A stretch of DNA of 64,000 nucleotides from Takakia lepidozioides (Eukaryota > Plantae > Bryophyta), in the NCBI GenBank assembly GCA_030704615.1, contig CM060732.1, positions 2,914,001-2,978,000 on the forward strand, read 5' to 3'. The position numbers and the translations under genes are program-made. The first letter of the stretch is position 1. Every line of letters starts with the position of its first letter. Shown here piece after piece: positions 1 through 12,787 of the stretch. The notes beneath the pieces are model-generated. The model searched no databases, had not been told where the DNA came from, and saw only the letters and a list, made by a program, of their open reading frames with translations.

Positions 1-1585
1 GCCTTGTCTCTCTTGCAGCCGGAAACACCGCTATGAAAGCAGTGGCATCTTCCCTCCTCTGGCTTTTTCTGTGCTTAGCAAGGATGCTTATGATGGGAAG
101 TTCTCTCCCTCTTTTCTAGTGCCTTGCGATTGTGCCTGCTTTGCTTCATTGCTTATGTGCTTTGTGGAGGCGGCTTGTTGCGGGTGGTGATGGCGCATAA
201 CCCTCTTCCCCAATCGCTTAAGGTGCCTTTGGAGTTTAGGGATTCTCATGTTCTTATCTTCTTCTCTTGCTTTTGAGTTTCTTAGTTGACATCGATGACA
301 AGTGTGAGGGTCTGTGATTCACCTGGGGTTCCACAATCCTCACTAACCTGTTGGTTTTTGTGGGGGCTTGTGATGGGACCAGGTGAGGATCCTCACCTAC
401 TTTGAAGTTTCTTGAGCATGCAGATTGGGATATGGGCTGAGGAGACCTATGGGTTTTTGCGCTGTGAGGTGGCTGCTGCCTGCAGCCCCGATTTCAACCT
501 CACTGCCCCTGGTTTGGCATGCTACAGCCTGCGTTTTGGCCTTTGTCGTTCTGCCGCCGATGCGCAGCTCGGCCTAACTGGCATGTTTCCTGAGGCTTGC
601 ATACAAACCATACCCTACCTTTTGATCTTTGACAGCAAGGCCTGTGGATTATTGAGCTAGGTTGTAAGTTCTTTTGGCCAAAGAGGATCTAGTTTCTGGT
701 GGTATGTTTTTGGCGGTTTTGGGTATCTATGGACATGGTGGCCTTGAAGGTTATGGCGGCAGCCTGATAGGGCGCCGCCCTGCTCCTTTTCGGGCTTGCT
801 TCTGATGTGTATTGGATCATAGTAAGGTGTTCTTTGCATGTTTTAGCATGGAACTCTTGAAGGATGAGGATGGTAAGCTGCAATGGGATCCTACCTATAG
901 TTTTGGCTCTGTCATGACATCAGGCCTATGACCTGCAATCTGGTTTTTTATATGCAAAAGAGGCTGGATCTCGGCTGTTCAAGCTGCTTGTAGGTACAAG
1001 TCTTGAACCTGCATTTTGACAGGCTGAATTCACATTCCCTTCACACCTTGTATGATCACATGTCTCGGGGTGAATACAAATGATATGGAAGTTATTTCAT
1101 CTTGCCCAAGTTGGAGTGCTTGGTGGCATATTGTGATTCTGACAAAGTGCAAGCTGGTCCTTATGCCTTGGCTGATGCATGACCTGCCATAATTAATGGC
1201 TGAATAGGTAAGTTGTTGCAACCCGTGGATCATGTCCAAGATACCTGTGTGAAAACGTGTCTTGAAATGGTAATAGGGCAGGCTGGACCATGGTACCTTG
1301 CCCTTTGCATGACCTCAGCATTTTTGTGCTCCTTCAATACATGACCTGCTGGTAAGGTATGTGTACAGGCTGAACCAAGAGGCCTTGTAGCCTGCACAGG
1401 GGCAACAATATCTTATCTTGTCCCACACATGAACAAATGATTCATTGGCCAAGATGGCTGGATCTTGGGTGTTCAAGATGCTTGCATCCCCTACATGAAC
1501 AAGCCCCGCCCTCCCACCCTGTTTTATCATGACTGATTGGGTGATGTCAATTCATGGGAAGCTATGACAAGAATGGAAATGTTAG

Positions 1586-2713
1586 ATGGGCAGGGTGCGT
1601 GCTTCATTCAACGCCCCTACACCACAGTTGCATCCTTTACCCATCATGGGATTGGGCTACAGGTGGAGTCTTGACTTTGCAAGGCCTTTGCCACTGACGA
1701 TGCGTCACCACAAATATGTGCTGGTGATGGTGGAGCACTTCTCCAAGTGGATTGAGTTGGTTCCATTGCCTGACAAGTCTAGTGAGGGGGCTGCGTATGC
1801 ATTCCTGGATCGTGTGCTTAGCCGATTCGGTGCTCTAGCTGAGGTACTCACGGACCAAGGGAGAGAGTTCTTGGGGGAGTTTCAGGTTCTGTGTGATAAA
1901 GCCTTGATAGACCACCGTACCACTTCTCGGGATCATCCTGAGGCTGATGGCTTGGCAGAGAGAGTGGTGCAGACGGTGAAGAGGGGTTTGCGCAAGTATG
2001 GCTTGCAAAAGGGACACCTAGGAGATTGGGATCTTTAGGTACCTTGGTTAGCCATAGGCTACAGGTTCAGCAAGCAAGCATCACTTGCCTCCTTATCACC
2101 ATATTTCCTTCTCTTTGGCCGAGAGCCGGATTTGCCTGCATCTATTCGCAGGGAGGCTGCAGTAGTCCTCAACCTTGATGATCCGGATGTGTGGACACAA
2201 GCATGTGCCCAGCGGGCAGAGTTGTTCAAGAGAGTCATGCCTATGGCTTTTGATAATCTTGCTATTGCCCAACACCGAGACACATTGAGGTATGCCACTA
2301 TACATGGAGGGGGATATCGGCCAGGTGTCCGACGTTTCCACCCTGGGGACTATGTGTATTTGCAGCAAACAGCGTCTATGACCTTGGATATCACAGCAGG
2401 ACGTGTGATTCTAAGGGTCAGGGAGGTGTTGCCTTCAGGAGTGTTGATTCTGGAGGGTCGAGATGGCATGGTATGGAAGGACCATGTGCATAATTGTGCG
2501 CCATGTCACCTTCTACATGTGGATGGGAGGATAGATCCCAACCTTGCAGTGGTACCTGCAGGATTGCGTTGCATGCTATGTGGGCATGCTCGTGGTGCCG
2601 CCACTATGCTGGTGTGTGATCGATGCTCAAGAGGTTGACACATGGGATGATTGACACCACCTCTTGAGAGGGTTCCTGATGGAGATTGTTTATGTCCACC
2701 CTGCTTGGGATAG
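1586..2713 (+). pseudogene. Ty3/Gypsy integrase (core plus C-terminal PHD finger), 5'-truncated, with premature stops
   Basis: ORFs 1586-2038 and 2132-2638 show WSLDF, VLTDQGREF, DGLAERVV (D,D,E core), then CMLC...CDRC..G*HMG*LTPPLERVPDGDCLCPPC (decayed PHD). Closely similar to the copy at 60073-61194. Confidence 0.9.
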
Positions 2714-2973
2714 TGGCAGTGGATATGACTAGTGGCAGCTCACAAGACATGGGAGGCCAAGCTCATAGGAGTCAATACCCAAGATCTCAGGCTCAAGTTC
2801 ACAGGTTGCAAGACGACGACTAACGATGGGGCAACTCTTGTACCCGACCTCTTGATCTATTGAGTTTGAGTGTAGTAGGGACAATGGTGGAGGACCTAGT
2901 GAGGCTATGGCCACTATCACATCTTGTGGCTACCTGGACTTAGAGGGACCTAAGCGCCAGCTAGGGGGGCGAT

Positions 2974-3179
2974 TGTGATGGACTAGTGGCTGCACTAGTG
3001 GTGGCTAGTGGCAGCCTAGTTGTGGACTAGTGGCTGCACTAGTGGTGACTAGTGGTTGTCTAGTGGCAGCCTAGTGGTGCACTAGTGGTGCACTAGTGAT
3101 AGACTAGTGTTTGGTGTGCACATATGTTGTGTGGTTTGGACAGCGATGTAGTTGTGTAGCGATATGTATGCGCACGACA
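2974..3179 (+). repeat. Short 3' LTR (TG...CA, ~206 bp, ACTAGTGG-rich) of the PHD-Gypsy element, preceded by PPT AGGGGGGCGAT (2963-2973)
   Basis: Starts TGTGATGG and ends GCACGACA; homologous copies on the minus strand at 55352-55518 and 54859-55033. Confidence 0.85.
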
Positions 3180-5213
3180 TAGAAGAAGGTAAACCCTGCA
3201 GATTATTAAACAGCTCAGAAACCCTAATGTAGAGGTTTACTTACAGCCATTGCATTGAAGTAAGTCTTTCAAGTCTTTGACAGTAGCACTGCCAATGACT
3301 TTAGTCTTTCTTCATTATGAAAGAACTTCATATGTTTCTAAATATGTAGAGAAGGTAAAGACTTCCACTTACCCTCCTTACAATGGAAGAGGAACCAACA
3401 AAAATTTAGCCAGTATATCCCTTGTCATCTAAACCAAGATAATTTGCAGAAACAGTGCAGCAAATACTCTCTGAATTTTACGTACCATGCTGAAATACCA
3501 GGGTAGTGATATCTTGCAAGCAATAGTAACAACTCAAAACATTAATATGTTCCATGCCATAGTAACACTCCAAAACAGGTTAGAGTATATTTGAAACCAT
3601 GCTTCTTTCTTCATCACCTTGCACGTTTGTGGAAGCTGTGCCTGTGACATCTTGCTTCCCTGTCTTTGAACACGCTTTTAACTTAACACACAATATGTTG
3701 AAGAGATAGCAAGAAGAATGAAGAGAATTCCCCTTGAAACAACTTTAGAAAATATCGGGTGCTCTCTGGTTGTAAAACAGAACTGCCCAAACTATGCATG
3801 TACACAGGGAGGGAGATGGTGGTTCTACCACTTCCCCAAATGATGGTGTAGATGGCAATGATGAAAGATACAGGAGTAACTTTTCCAAGACCCCTTCTTG
3901 GCAGCCCTATCCCTGACTGATTGTTCCATAATGACAAACTGAACAAGGCTGGGAGGAGAATACTTCCTTGGCATTGCTCCATGCGTTTATAGGAAGGTTC
4001 TCCTGGAAGAAGTTAAGGCTGCACTTGCACCCTGCGTTTATCAGGGTTGTGAAACACGTAGGTCAAAAATAATAATCTTTTGTACACTAGACGCATTCGT
4101 GTCATTTACCACTGGGGTAACGACTCATTTTGAGTCGTAAAAGTCAAAAAAATGGGATCGACTGGAAGTTACAAACGACTAGTTACAACAGACGTGGTAG
4201 TTGGGTTGGACATCCAATGATTGGAGTGGTAAAGGACACAGACGCGCAAACAACTGCTCAGCGATTAATGCGATTAATGCTGAAGAACCACGTGGCGTAA
4301 CCAGGCCGGCCGCCCGTGTGTCTGACCTTTTGGGCTGACTTTGACTTCTCCCTCCGGATGAGTGGACTGACTCACCCGGGGCGCGGTGACACATGGACGC
4401 GGACGTGGATGCGGACGTGGACGCCGATGTGGCGGCGCTGCAACAAGCGGCAATGCTGCCGCGTGGCCACGGGCCCAAGACGCCACATCGCAGTCGGCCA
4501 CATAACTTGGAGTGCTGCATGTCACGTGGCAACAGCGACTGGCAAAGTCAACCACACAACTGCCGGCAGACGAATCCACGGGGACCACGTGGAGAGTGTG
4601 TGGGTCGACGCGTGGCGTCGTCCCCATGCAATGGCAGTGAGAGGTACGATTGCTAGTGGAAAGACGCAGAGTGCTTGTGCCCTCTCGGGACTGCTTTGGC
4701 CAACTCCGCTGCCATTGTGCTAGTTGGTTGCACTACAGTAGGAAAGCACTGCAAACGAGCACTTGTAGTGGTTTGTGTGAGTTTGTCCAAATGACTTGCA
4801 TTCTAAGCTGAAAGTTTGGTTCTGAAGCATTCTAGTGGTTTTAGTGGTTCACGTATATGCAGGGGGAATTGAGAAGCAATGATATTGGGCGAGACTCAGA
4901 ACACAAACCACGATGCATGCACAACATCACGCTAATGAACCAAATAGACGTAGTCCAGGGAGACCAAAGACCATCACACATACACATAGAAGGTGGACGG
5001 ACACGACGACAAGTCAGGAAAATGTGATATTACATTCAAATAAGAGACCGTCACGGCACACCTGCGTATGAGCAAGACAAAATGCCAACATACATGGTTG
5101 CCGGACATCACATAAACTGTCATGGCCCAAATGTTCAAAACTGGTAACGTGAGTATCATACACACTTCTATGAGTATCATTACACACCCAACAGGGACTA
5201 CAAACATGAAATC

Positions 5214-8200
5214 TCACTTGATACTTTCACCTTTCCTCATACTCTTCTCTGGCCACAGAGTCACCGTGCCTTTTACGTGCGCTAGTGTGGTCTGGGGGGG
5301 GGGGGGGGCATCGTCCACATTTGGGCAAGGCAATGTAACACTTGGAAGCATGATCTCGTGGACTTTCACCTTGTACCACCCGGAACGATGTCCTTGCAAT
5401 GGAACTTGTCAACCCCGGCTATTCCCACCACTTCCGCCTTTGCGGCGGCTGTCCTTGACCGCTTGTCATTGGGGTTCAGGAGAAACACAGGATCTGATAT
5501 CTGCAGACACCAACATCAGGGTCCACTTAGCAACAAACATAGCAATGACAGGGTGAAAGTCAAGCGCAGCTGGGCATGGAAACGATCTTGGTTGCCACAA
5601 TACTGAATCAGCAGCAAATTCACGGTGTACCAACGTACCTTGAAGCAAGGCTCGTCGTTGAGGGTGGCAACTGAAGAAAGCTGCCCACGTGTCTTCAACT
5701 GCAGCAGCAAAAAGAGGTTTAGTCAGACGGATAAGAATAACATGAACTCTGGTGGCTGCAATGGTATAAACACACCTCCACGGAGCAAGCTAACAAACAC
5801 CCTGCTCAGACCCTGCACACTACAACTTCCTGGCAAAAATAACCCTACTAGAAACCAGGCAAAGCAAGGAGCCATGAATGCATGCCTGGGGAACCACGTC
5901 CTGCTGCGATGATGGTGTCGGGGACAGCCCACTCCTCTTGCTCACCTGCAATGAATACACATTGCAACGCTTCAGGAAGTGTATCCATAAAGGAAACCAA
6001 CCAAGTAAGTTTGCGGAGAGGGGCTGGGAACAACCATACCTTGGGCGCTGCCTCCTCATGCCGGGGGGCAGATCCGGAATGTTGGCGCCGTAGCACTATG
6101 GTCCTTGGCGCAGGACCCACCTTCTTCACATTCGACCCCAGTGCCACTCCCTGTGGTCCCTGCAAAACATATAGTGCCAGCCTTGCGTGAGAGGGCATCC
6201 GGGGGGAACAAAACAAACATCTCTTTTGGCTTTGATGTCATGTTGCAAACAGTAAGGTTAGTTTCACCTGCATGGGCGCATAAGCACTTCCCCCAACAAC
6301 CCCATCCTCTCCCACATTCAAGCTGCCAGTCAGGGTCAGCTTCCGCGTGCTTGTGAAGACACGCACATCCTTGGAGCAAAACAAATCTTGGCAGTAGGGC
6401 CAGACTGTTTCTAAAAGGTAGTTTGAATCGGGCCCCTCACTGACATTGCCAGTGACATCAAACGACAATGGATGGACCATGTTCAAAGGGGAGTTCCCCC
6501 TCCCCTTGTGTGGTGAATCATCCACTAGAGAGGGTGTTGGATTCGTTAAATCCAGAAAATTGCGACCACACCCTCGACAGTCTCTTCTGTAAGTTCTGTA
6601 CGGCAGGCCCTTTTGTGGGGTGTGCCTCTGTCAAGGGGTCACACTCCTCTTGTGACCACACAAAGAGGGGAGAACCCTTGACCCCCTGCATCACCACTTT
6701 CAAGATGTCTGCAACATTCCCCTTGGAAGCACAGGACCATATCCCAACGTAGAAATACCGGAAGAGAAGGTTTAAAAACTCGCAGACCTGGGGCCTTGGG
6801 AAAACATACTTGTTGGTGGTCAACACCCATGGCCAATGACGCCTCGGGTTGGGCTGAAAGTTAGGAATAGAGTGGCACAGGATCCCGTTCAGGTCTAGAA
6901 CAATTAGTTTTGACTTTTCAATGAAAGGAGCTTCTGAAGGGGTGTCACGGGGTCTCACCTCAGTGGGTTGGGAGACAACAGTCACCCCGGAGGGCAAAGT
7001 TTCGGTCCCCCTACAGCCTAGACCGGGCAAACTACCACCCTCTCCCCCTACAGCTTCCCCTTTTCCCCCATCATCCACAATGACCCCCCCATCATCCATG
7101 TCATCCCCACCAATTTGATGGACCTCTCCCTCTTCAACGAGTGGACCCCGCCCCCCACTGTGAATATCATCAACAACAGGCTGGACCTTGGTCACATCCC
7201 TACCCACTACAATTACTTCCTCTTTGTCAGGTACAATGGTTGCAGCAGGGGGGTCTTCTATAATGCCACCCGTCACACCCCCTTTTTGCCCCATCATAAG
7301 TTCCACTATCTTCTTCAATTGTGCTTCCATTCCCCTCTCCCGCTCCGCAGAGAGAGCCGCAAGCCTCTCCAGGGCCCCGATGCGAGCTGCCATTGAGTTC
7401 CCCGCTCCCTATGCATACAAACACCCACCCGTACTGTTAAAAACCAGAAGAAGAGGCCAAATGTGCACGATTTCAGGCATTCGGAGATGGCTGGGTTTGG
7501 CATAACACCCCTCATGTACCATGCATGGGGGCCCCACATACCCACCAAATCTTAGTACAACAACAGATTCATGAATGGAAACCGGACTTCAAAACATACC
7601 TGGCTCAAAACAGACTCTGATGGGGTGCCAGTCGCAGCATTCTTTTGCTCCTCCCCAAGCTCGGACAGTGACGGGCTCCGCGCTTTGCGTCTTTTCTGTA
7701 TTTGCCCATCCACACACTGTCAGTACAAAATGCCAGGAGCATATGGACAAAGCACTACCCTGCATATCACATAACAACTAATTCTGCACAAGGAATAAAA
7801 CCCACTCGTGGGTGTCTCTTCCATCACAACATGCCACAACGTAAGAGCAATGAGAAGGGGGTGTGGGAGATTACCAAACGGGCTGTTTGGCCTGCAACTC
7901 CTGCCCGGCCCCAACGCGAGGGGTTCGTGACACAAGCACGCGCTTGCTTCATCCCTTCGGCCTTTGCAAGTCCACGAGGGGACTCCCAGTAGGCAACAAG
8001 CTTATCCCAATAGGCGGGTTCAGTGTTCATTGGCCTCACACCAGTCTTCGCCCATTTATCTTTCAGTTTTGCTCTTTCTCCTTTCATTATCTTCCCACAT
8101 TGCTTGACTATAAAATCACGATTGGCAGGGATAGGTGTGTACTCGTACATTCCATTTATGCCCTCTATTACTGTTGACATGGCACTCTGGGACTGCTGGT

Positions 8201-8708
8201 CAATGTCTTGTATGCTTGAGTCAAGGTAACGCAATGCCAGGCCACGCAAATCACGCTGCCAGTGTTCCTTACCTTCGCAGCCAACATTGATGACTCCATT
8301 TCCATGCACCTCCACCTTGTGGCGCTTTAGCCCTGCAGCCACCCTTCCCTCTCCATCTCCTTCCCATTGTTTCATGGCATGGCGTCGTTCCTTCCTCAGC
8401 TCTGATGACCATTTCCTGCCCCCATGCTCTGGAGCAGCGCCGTCATACGTTGTGGGGGGTGACTGATGTGTGCCGGAGGGGGGGGGGCCGTATGGAGATG
8501 TGGGAGGCCCCCATTGTGACGTGCCAGCATCAGGAAGCCAGTGCCACGACCCCGAAGCAGGGGGGGCTCCCCATGGTGCACTCTGTTGTGGAGACCATAC
8601 GGCAGGGGGTGGGTGCCAAGGTTGGTGTTGGTTGGCATTGTATGGTGGCTGTGAGTGCTTTGCTGCAGCTTCACTCCCCTTCCACTGCCAAAAACATCCC
8701 ACATACAA
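5214..8708 (-). pseudogene. CACTA TnpA-like accessory gene (Ptta/En/Spm-like region, FCP1-like domain, Tnp1/En/Spm-like C-terminus); multi-exon, frameshifted
   Basis: ORF 7824-8708 has WDKLVAYWESP..AKAEGMKQARA..NPSRWGRAG, typical of Transposase_24-like proteins. ORF 5214-5399 has VKVHEIMLPSVTLPCP..TTLAHVKGTVTLWP, resembling Tnp1/En/Spm. Exon joins are not fully resolved. Confidence 0.65.
6400..6920 (-). pseudogene. FCP1/NIF-like HAD phosphatase homology domain inside the CACTA element
   Basis: KLIVLDLNGILCH, RPQVCEFL..YFYVGIWS, LFVWSQEEC, KRLSRVW..FNESNTL, then a frameshift into DDSPHKGRGN (ORF 6238-6525). Confidence 0.75.
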
Positions 8709-9207
8709 GGTGCATCAGCTGTAGTCCTACTGAACACAACGTCACCAGAGCACAAACCATCCCACAACCACAACCATAAACAGCAGACCTCAAACCCACT
8801 CCCCTGCAGCGCAAGTGCCAAAAAATGAAAAAGAGAGGGACAAAATATCCTCATAACATGTAAGGCCATTCATTGGTGAAGAAGCAGAATGTGGGCGGGT
8901 TCACATCAGTACCACATGAAACTTACAAGGAAACAAAACATCCATTTGGGTTTTCCACATATCCAGTGGACATCTATTCACACAATTATGTGCTGGCTGT
9001 ATGTGCTTGCCCAGCAACGGAGCCCCAAAAGGCCTAAAGACTCTCAATGTTGGTAAACACAGGTGCAGACACAATTCAATTGATAGCTGGGATATCCGGT
9101 GGTCTGTCTGGTAATAGCACCCCGGGCAGTGAATCAGACAATGAATATTGTGTTTGTGGAGCCCACAGAACGGGCAATAACACTCTCTCATCCCTCTCAG
9201 CTTTTGT

Positions 9208-10400
9208 TTGTTGTCCAAAGGTAGGCTTCCTCACCAAATCCACAATTTCAGTCCGGTGCACACAGTGGGTAGACCCTTCAGGTCATCCAGGATGTCCTCC
9301 CCCATGTCACAATCTAGAAACAGGTTCATGGATGTTTTATGCCTAACTTCTTTGTCATTACACAATTTTGTGGCAACACACATGGCTTTGGACACTACAG
9401 TCTCTAAGTCACATGGTTCCAGCAAGGTCAAGACTTGACGGTCCACATTCAGATCCTTGAGAGTCTTGTCTAGTCTCTTCTGGCAGGACTTGGCCTGTTT
9501 GGCTGGGCGGTCCTATTTCCAAGATATAGAGTCGATTAACTTACGATATCTGGTTGAAAGACATGTGTTGCAATAGACTCCACCATCTCACCAGCTATTC
9601 CCACCACTTCCGGTTAACAAAGGGATGCCAAACTCACCATGAACAGCCACATTGGCTATTTTGGAGCATGCGGACATCCACTCCTTAAGCACCCCTACTG
9701 GGAAGGATATTGCAGACCTAGCCTCGTTGGAGTTATCAACGCATGTAGCAAATGCGTACTCCAACGCAGGTGCAATGACGTGACAAAGCAATATTTCCTT
9801 GACCTTAAAATTAGTCCCTCTGCACATAGTGGTAGACCCTTCGGTTTTTCCACGATGTCCTCCCCCATGTCACAGATTGAAAACATGTTCAGGGATGTTT
9901 TCTGCCTAACGTCATTTTCATTACACATTTTCTCTGGTAGCACTCACTTCCGTGGACACTACAGTCTCTAAGTCGCATTTATCCAGCAGGATGAAGATGT
10001 GCGGGTCCACATTCAGATCCTTGAGAGTCAATTGTACTGTCTTCTACCAAGACTTGGCCTGTTTGGCTCGACGGTTCTGTTTCCAAGATATAGAGTCGAT
10101 TAACCTACGATCTCTGGTGTGAAGACATGTGTTGCAATAGACTCCACCATCTCACCTTCAATTAATCTCCACAAGAGCTTAAGGAAGGGATGCCACACCC
10201 ACCCCGAACAGCCACATTGGCTGTTTTGGAGCATGCGGACATCCACTCCTTAAGCACCCCCACTTGGAAGGATTCTGCAGACCTAGCCTCGTTGGAGTTA
10301 TCAACCCATATAGCAGATGCGTACTCCAAGGCAAGTCCAATGATGCGACAAAGCAAGGTTTTCTTGACCTCAAAGTTAATCCCTATGTACGAGAACAATT
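9208..10400. repeat. Diverged tandem duplication, ~570-bp unit, about two copies, inside the CACTA element
   Basis: 9260-9590 matches 9825-10155, and 9640-9810 matches 10205-10380 (e.g. GGAGCATGCGGACATCCACTCCTTAAGCACCCC occurs twice). Confidence 0.85.
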
Positions 10401-12787
10401 TAGCGAGACTCGGCGCTTTGCCCTTCCTGTTTGAACAACTTTATGGATATGTGCATCCCAGTTTCAGTTTGAGGAGAACTCAATGCCCAGAAAACATGAA
10501 CACAAGTAGGGGTAGAACTCACCTCATGCGCAGCGGGTTTGTGCCGTTTGCGCACCTTTTGGAGAGACTCTGCAGATGGAGGTGCAGTTTCCACCGAACT
10601 GTCCTCCACGTCATCGTCGTCGCCCATGCTATACTCGCTTGTGTCAGAATCTGAACTCGAAGACCGCCCACCGTGCCGCCTTCCCTCTCGCACCGAGGCC
10701 ATCTTTTGCGGATTCAGTCGAGCCAGGCGGGGGCTCCTTCGCACCGCGGGGCTGGAATGTGCAGAAGTGGGAGGAGGTGATGCTGCCTCGGCGGTCGAGT
10801 GCTTCTTACTAGGCGTGGACATAGACCATGACAAAGATGAAGACAAGCGAGGACATAGACCATGACCAAGACAAAGACGAGCGAGGAAGACCAAGACATG
10901 CAAAGGAGGAAAGAAGGACAAGGAGGGGAGTGTGATCACACACCCCCCCCGATCTGTAGTGAAGATCCGGCCGTTGTTGATTTCAAATAGGAACACGTGT
11001 CATGCATCCGACACTATGGCCTTTTCGACTTTGAGACGTTTCAAAATAACCACTTACAATTCTCCAGACAACTAGATGTAGTGATTCACACAACTGACAT
11101 GGATCCGTTAACTTTATTTCGTTCAAAATTAGGCGAAGGAAACACACTGCAATGATGTCGTGTATGGCTCCGCTTTACATGCATTCTTGGAGAAAATGCG
11201 CATGATGTGTGAGAAGTGAACACAATGCTCTGCCAAATGATTCAGCAAAAACAAACTCAACTGTAGTGGTTCTCCCATCGCAGAGAAGGGTCCATTCGAC
11301 ACCCATCGCACCATGCCAGGTTGAGGTCCTCACACACACACCTGCACACCAAGAATTTGCGAACCCACATCAGCTGGGAGAACATGGAAATTACCCCGTG
11401 GATCACATGCAAGCATGAATGAGAAATGGAAGGAGAATTGCATGGGAGATTTTGGTGTACCTGCGCGACATGCAACTCTGTCTACATACTCCATAAGTCA
11501 CTGTCCCAAGACCCAAGTGGACAGGGGAGGCCGGTGAGTCTGTACCACAAATGGTAATCATACAACAGAGGGTACTGCTGCCCAACGTGCAAAAGCCGCC
11601 GGCTGCAGGATGCTAGGCATGCAAACTCCGGCACAGCACGCCTCATCTGCACCCCACTCCGTCCCAACCAGTGCAAAACAACCGTGCATGCATTGACTGC
11701 CATCTGGCTTTCTCTCCAAGCATTTGGGGGTCTGCGATCTGCTACACGTAAGTGTCTTTGAAGGCGACGATCGAAGGATCCGGTCACTTGCAGTTGCCGT
11801 CTCAAGGGCAACATTGCAAGAATCACAATTAAGTAAGAAAGATGGTGGAAGAAGCTACAAACTGCAAATGAGTGAAGTGGCAGGGCGATGCTCCATTCTT
11901 AACATGCTCCCCTTCCCGCCATGGTGATAGAGCCACACAAATGGACTCCCTTCCCGCCACGGTGCAATTTCAAGGCAACGGAACGGGATTGACCGCTGAA
12001 ACGTGATTTGGAGATCGCGGCCGAATCCGTGATGGAATTCGACCTTCCAATACATGATTCCTCAATCCGGCTCGCTCTTCCGCTGAGGGTGGCATTGGGC
12101 GAACTACCCCCTGCTACAAACTTTTGATCGTAATGTGATTTTGAGAGACGAATCGATGCAACCGGAAATTGTGCAGACGATGACCGCCGATGAGTGGAGT
12201 TCACTCATTATGGCCTAAGACAAGTGGCGCAAGTTCTGGCCTTGTAGTCGGGTTGTTCACACTTCAATGCACACATTTCATACACATTCAACCATATGCC
12301 CAAGATCACAACGTCCTGAATCGTGAAAATTGAAATTCCACGTACGTCCTCTGATTCCTCACACACACACGAACTGTAGAGACAGGTGGTTTTCCAGGAT
12401 GTCGTTGTTTTAGTCGATTTTGGTCATTTCTCTCAGTGTCTTGTTGAAAAGATTCTAGTTATGATGGGAAGCATCTTGATGGCTTTTAAATGGTTTGCTG
12501 TTGAGTGTAACTTTCCATCATGTTCTGGAATCTACCAGTTGGTATAAAATGTCAACTGTCTTCTCTGCCAAAGGATGTGCGGCTGAACCTTTCAAATTGA
12601 GATTGCAAGAGGAGGGAATTGACGGTAGTGAAATGGGAGTGGCAGAGCCAAATTGAGGACTCTCTGCAAAGGAGAATCCGGCCCCCTGCAACGGCGTGCA
12701 CAAACTGCATTGAAGAGGCTCCCCAACAAAAATGAGTTCCCCTCGCCCATGCGGAGGACTTCCAATTAATCACCCCTCTAGACAGAA

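Noticed and set aside
1-1585. Possible decayed PPR or other host gene, also at 3180-4084
   Set aside because: Only vague motif resemblance and no ORF that can be assigned by eye.
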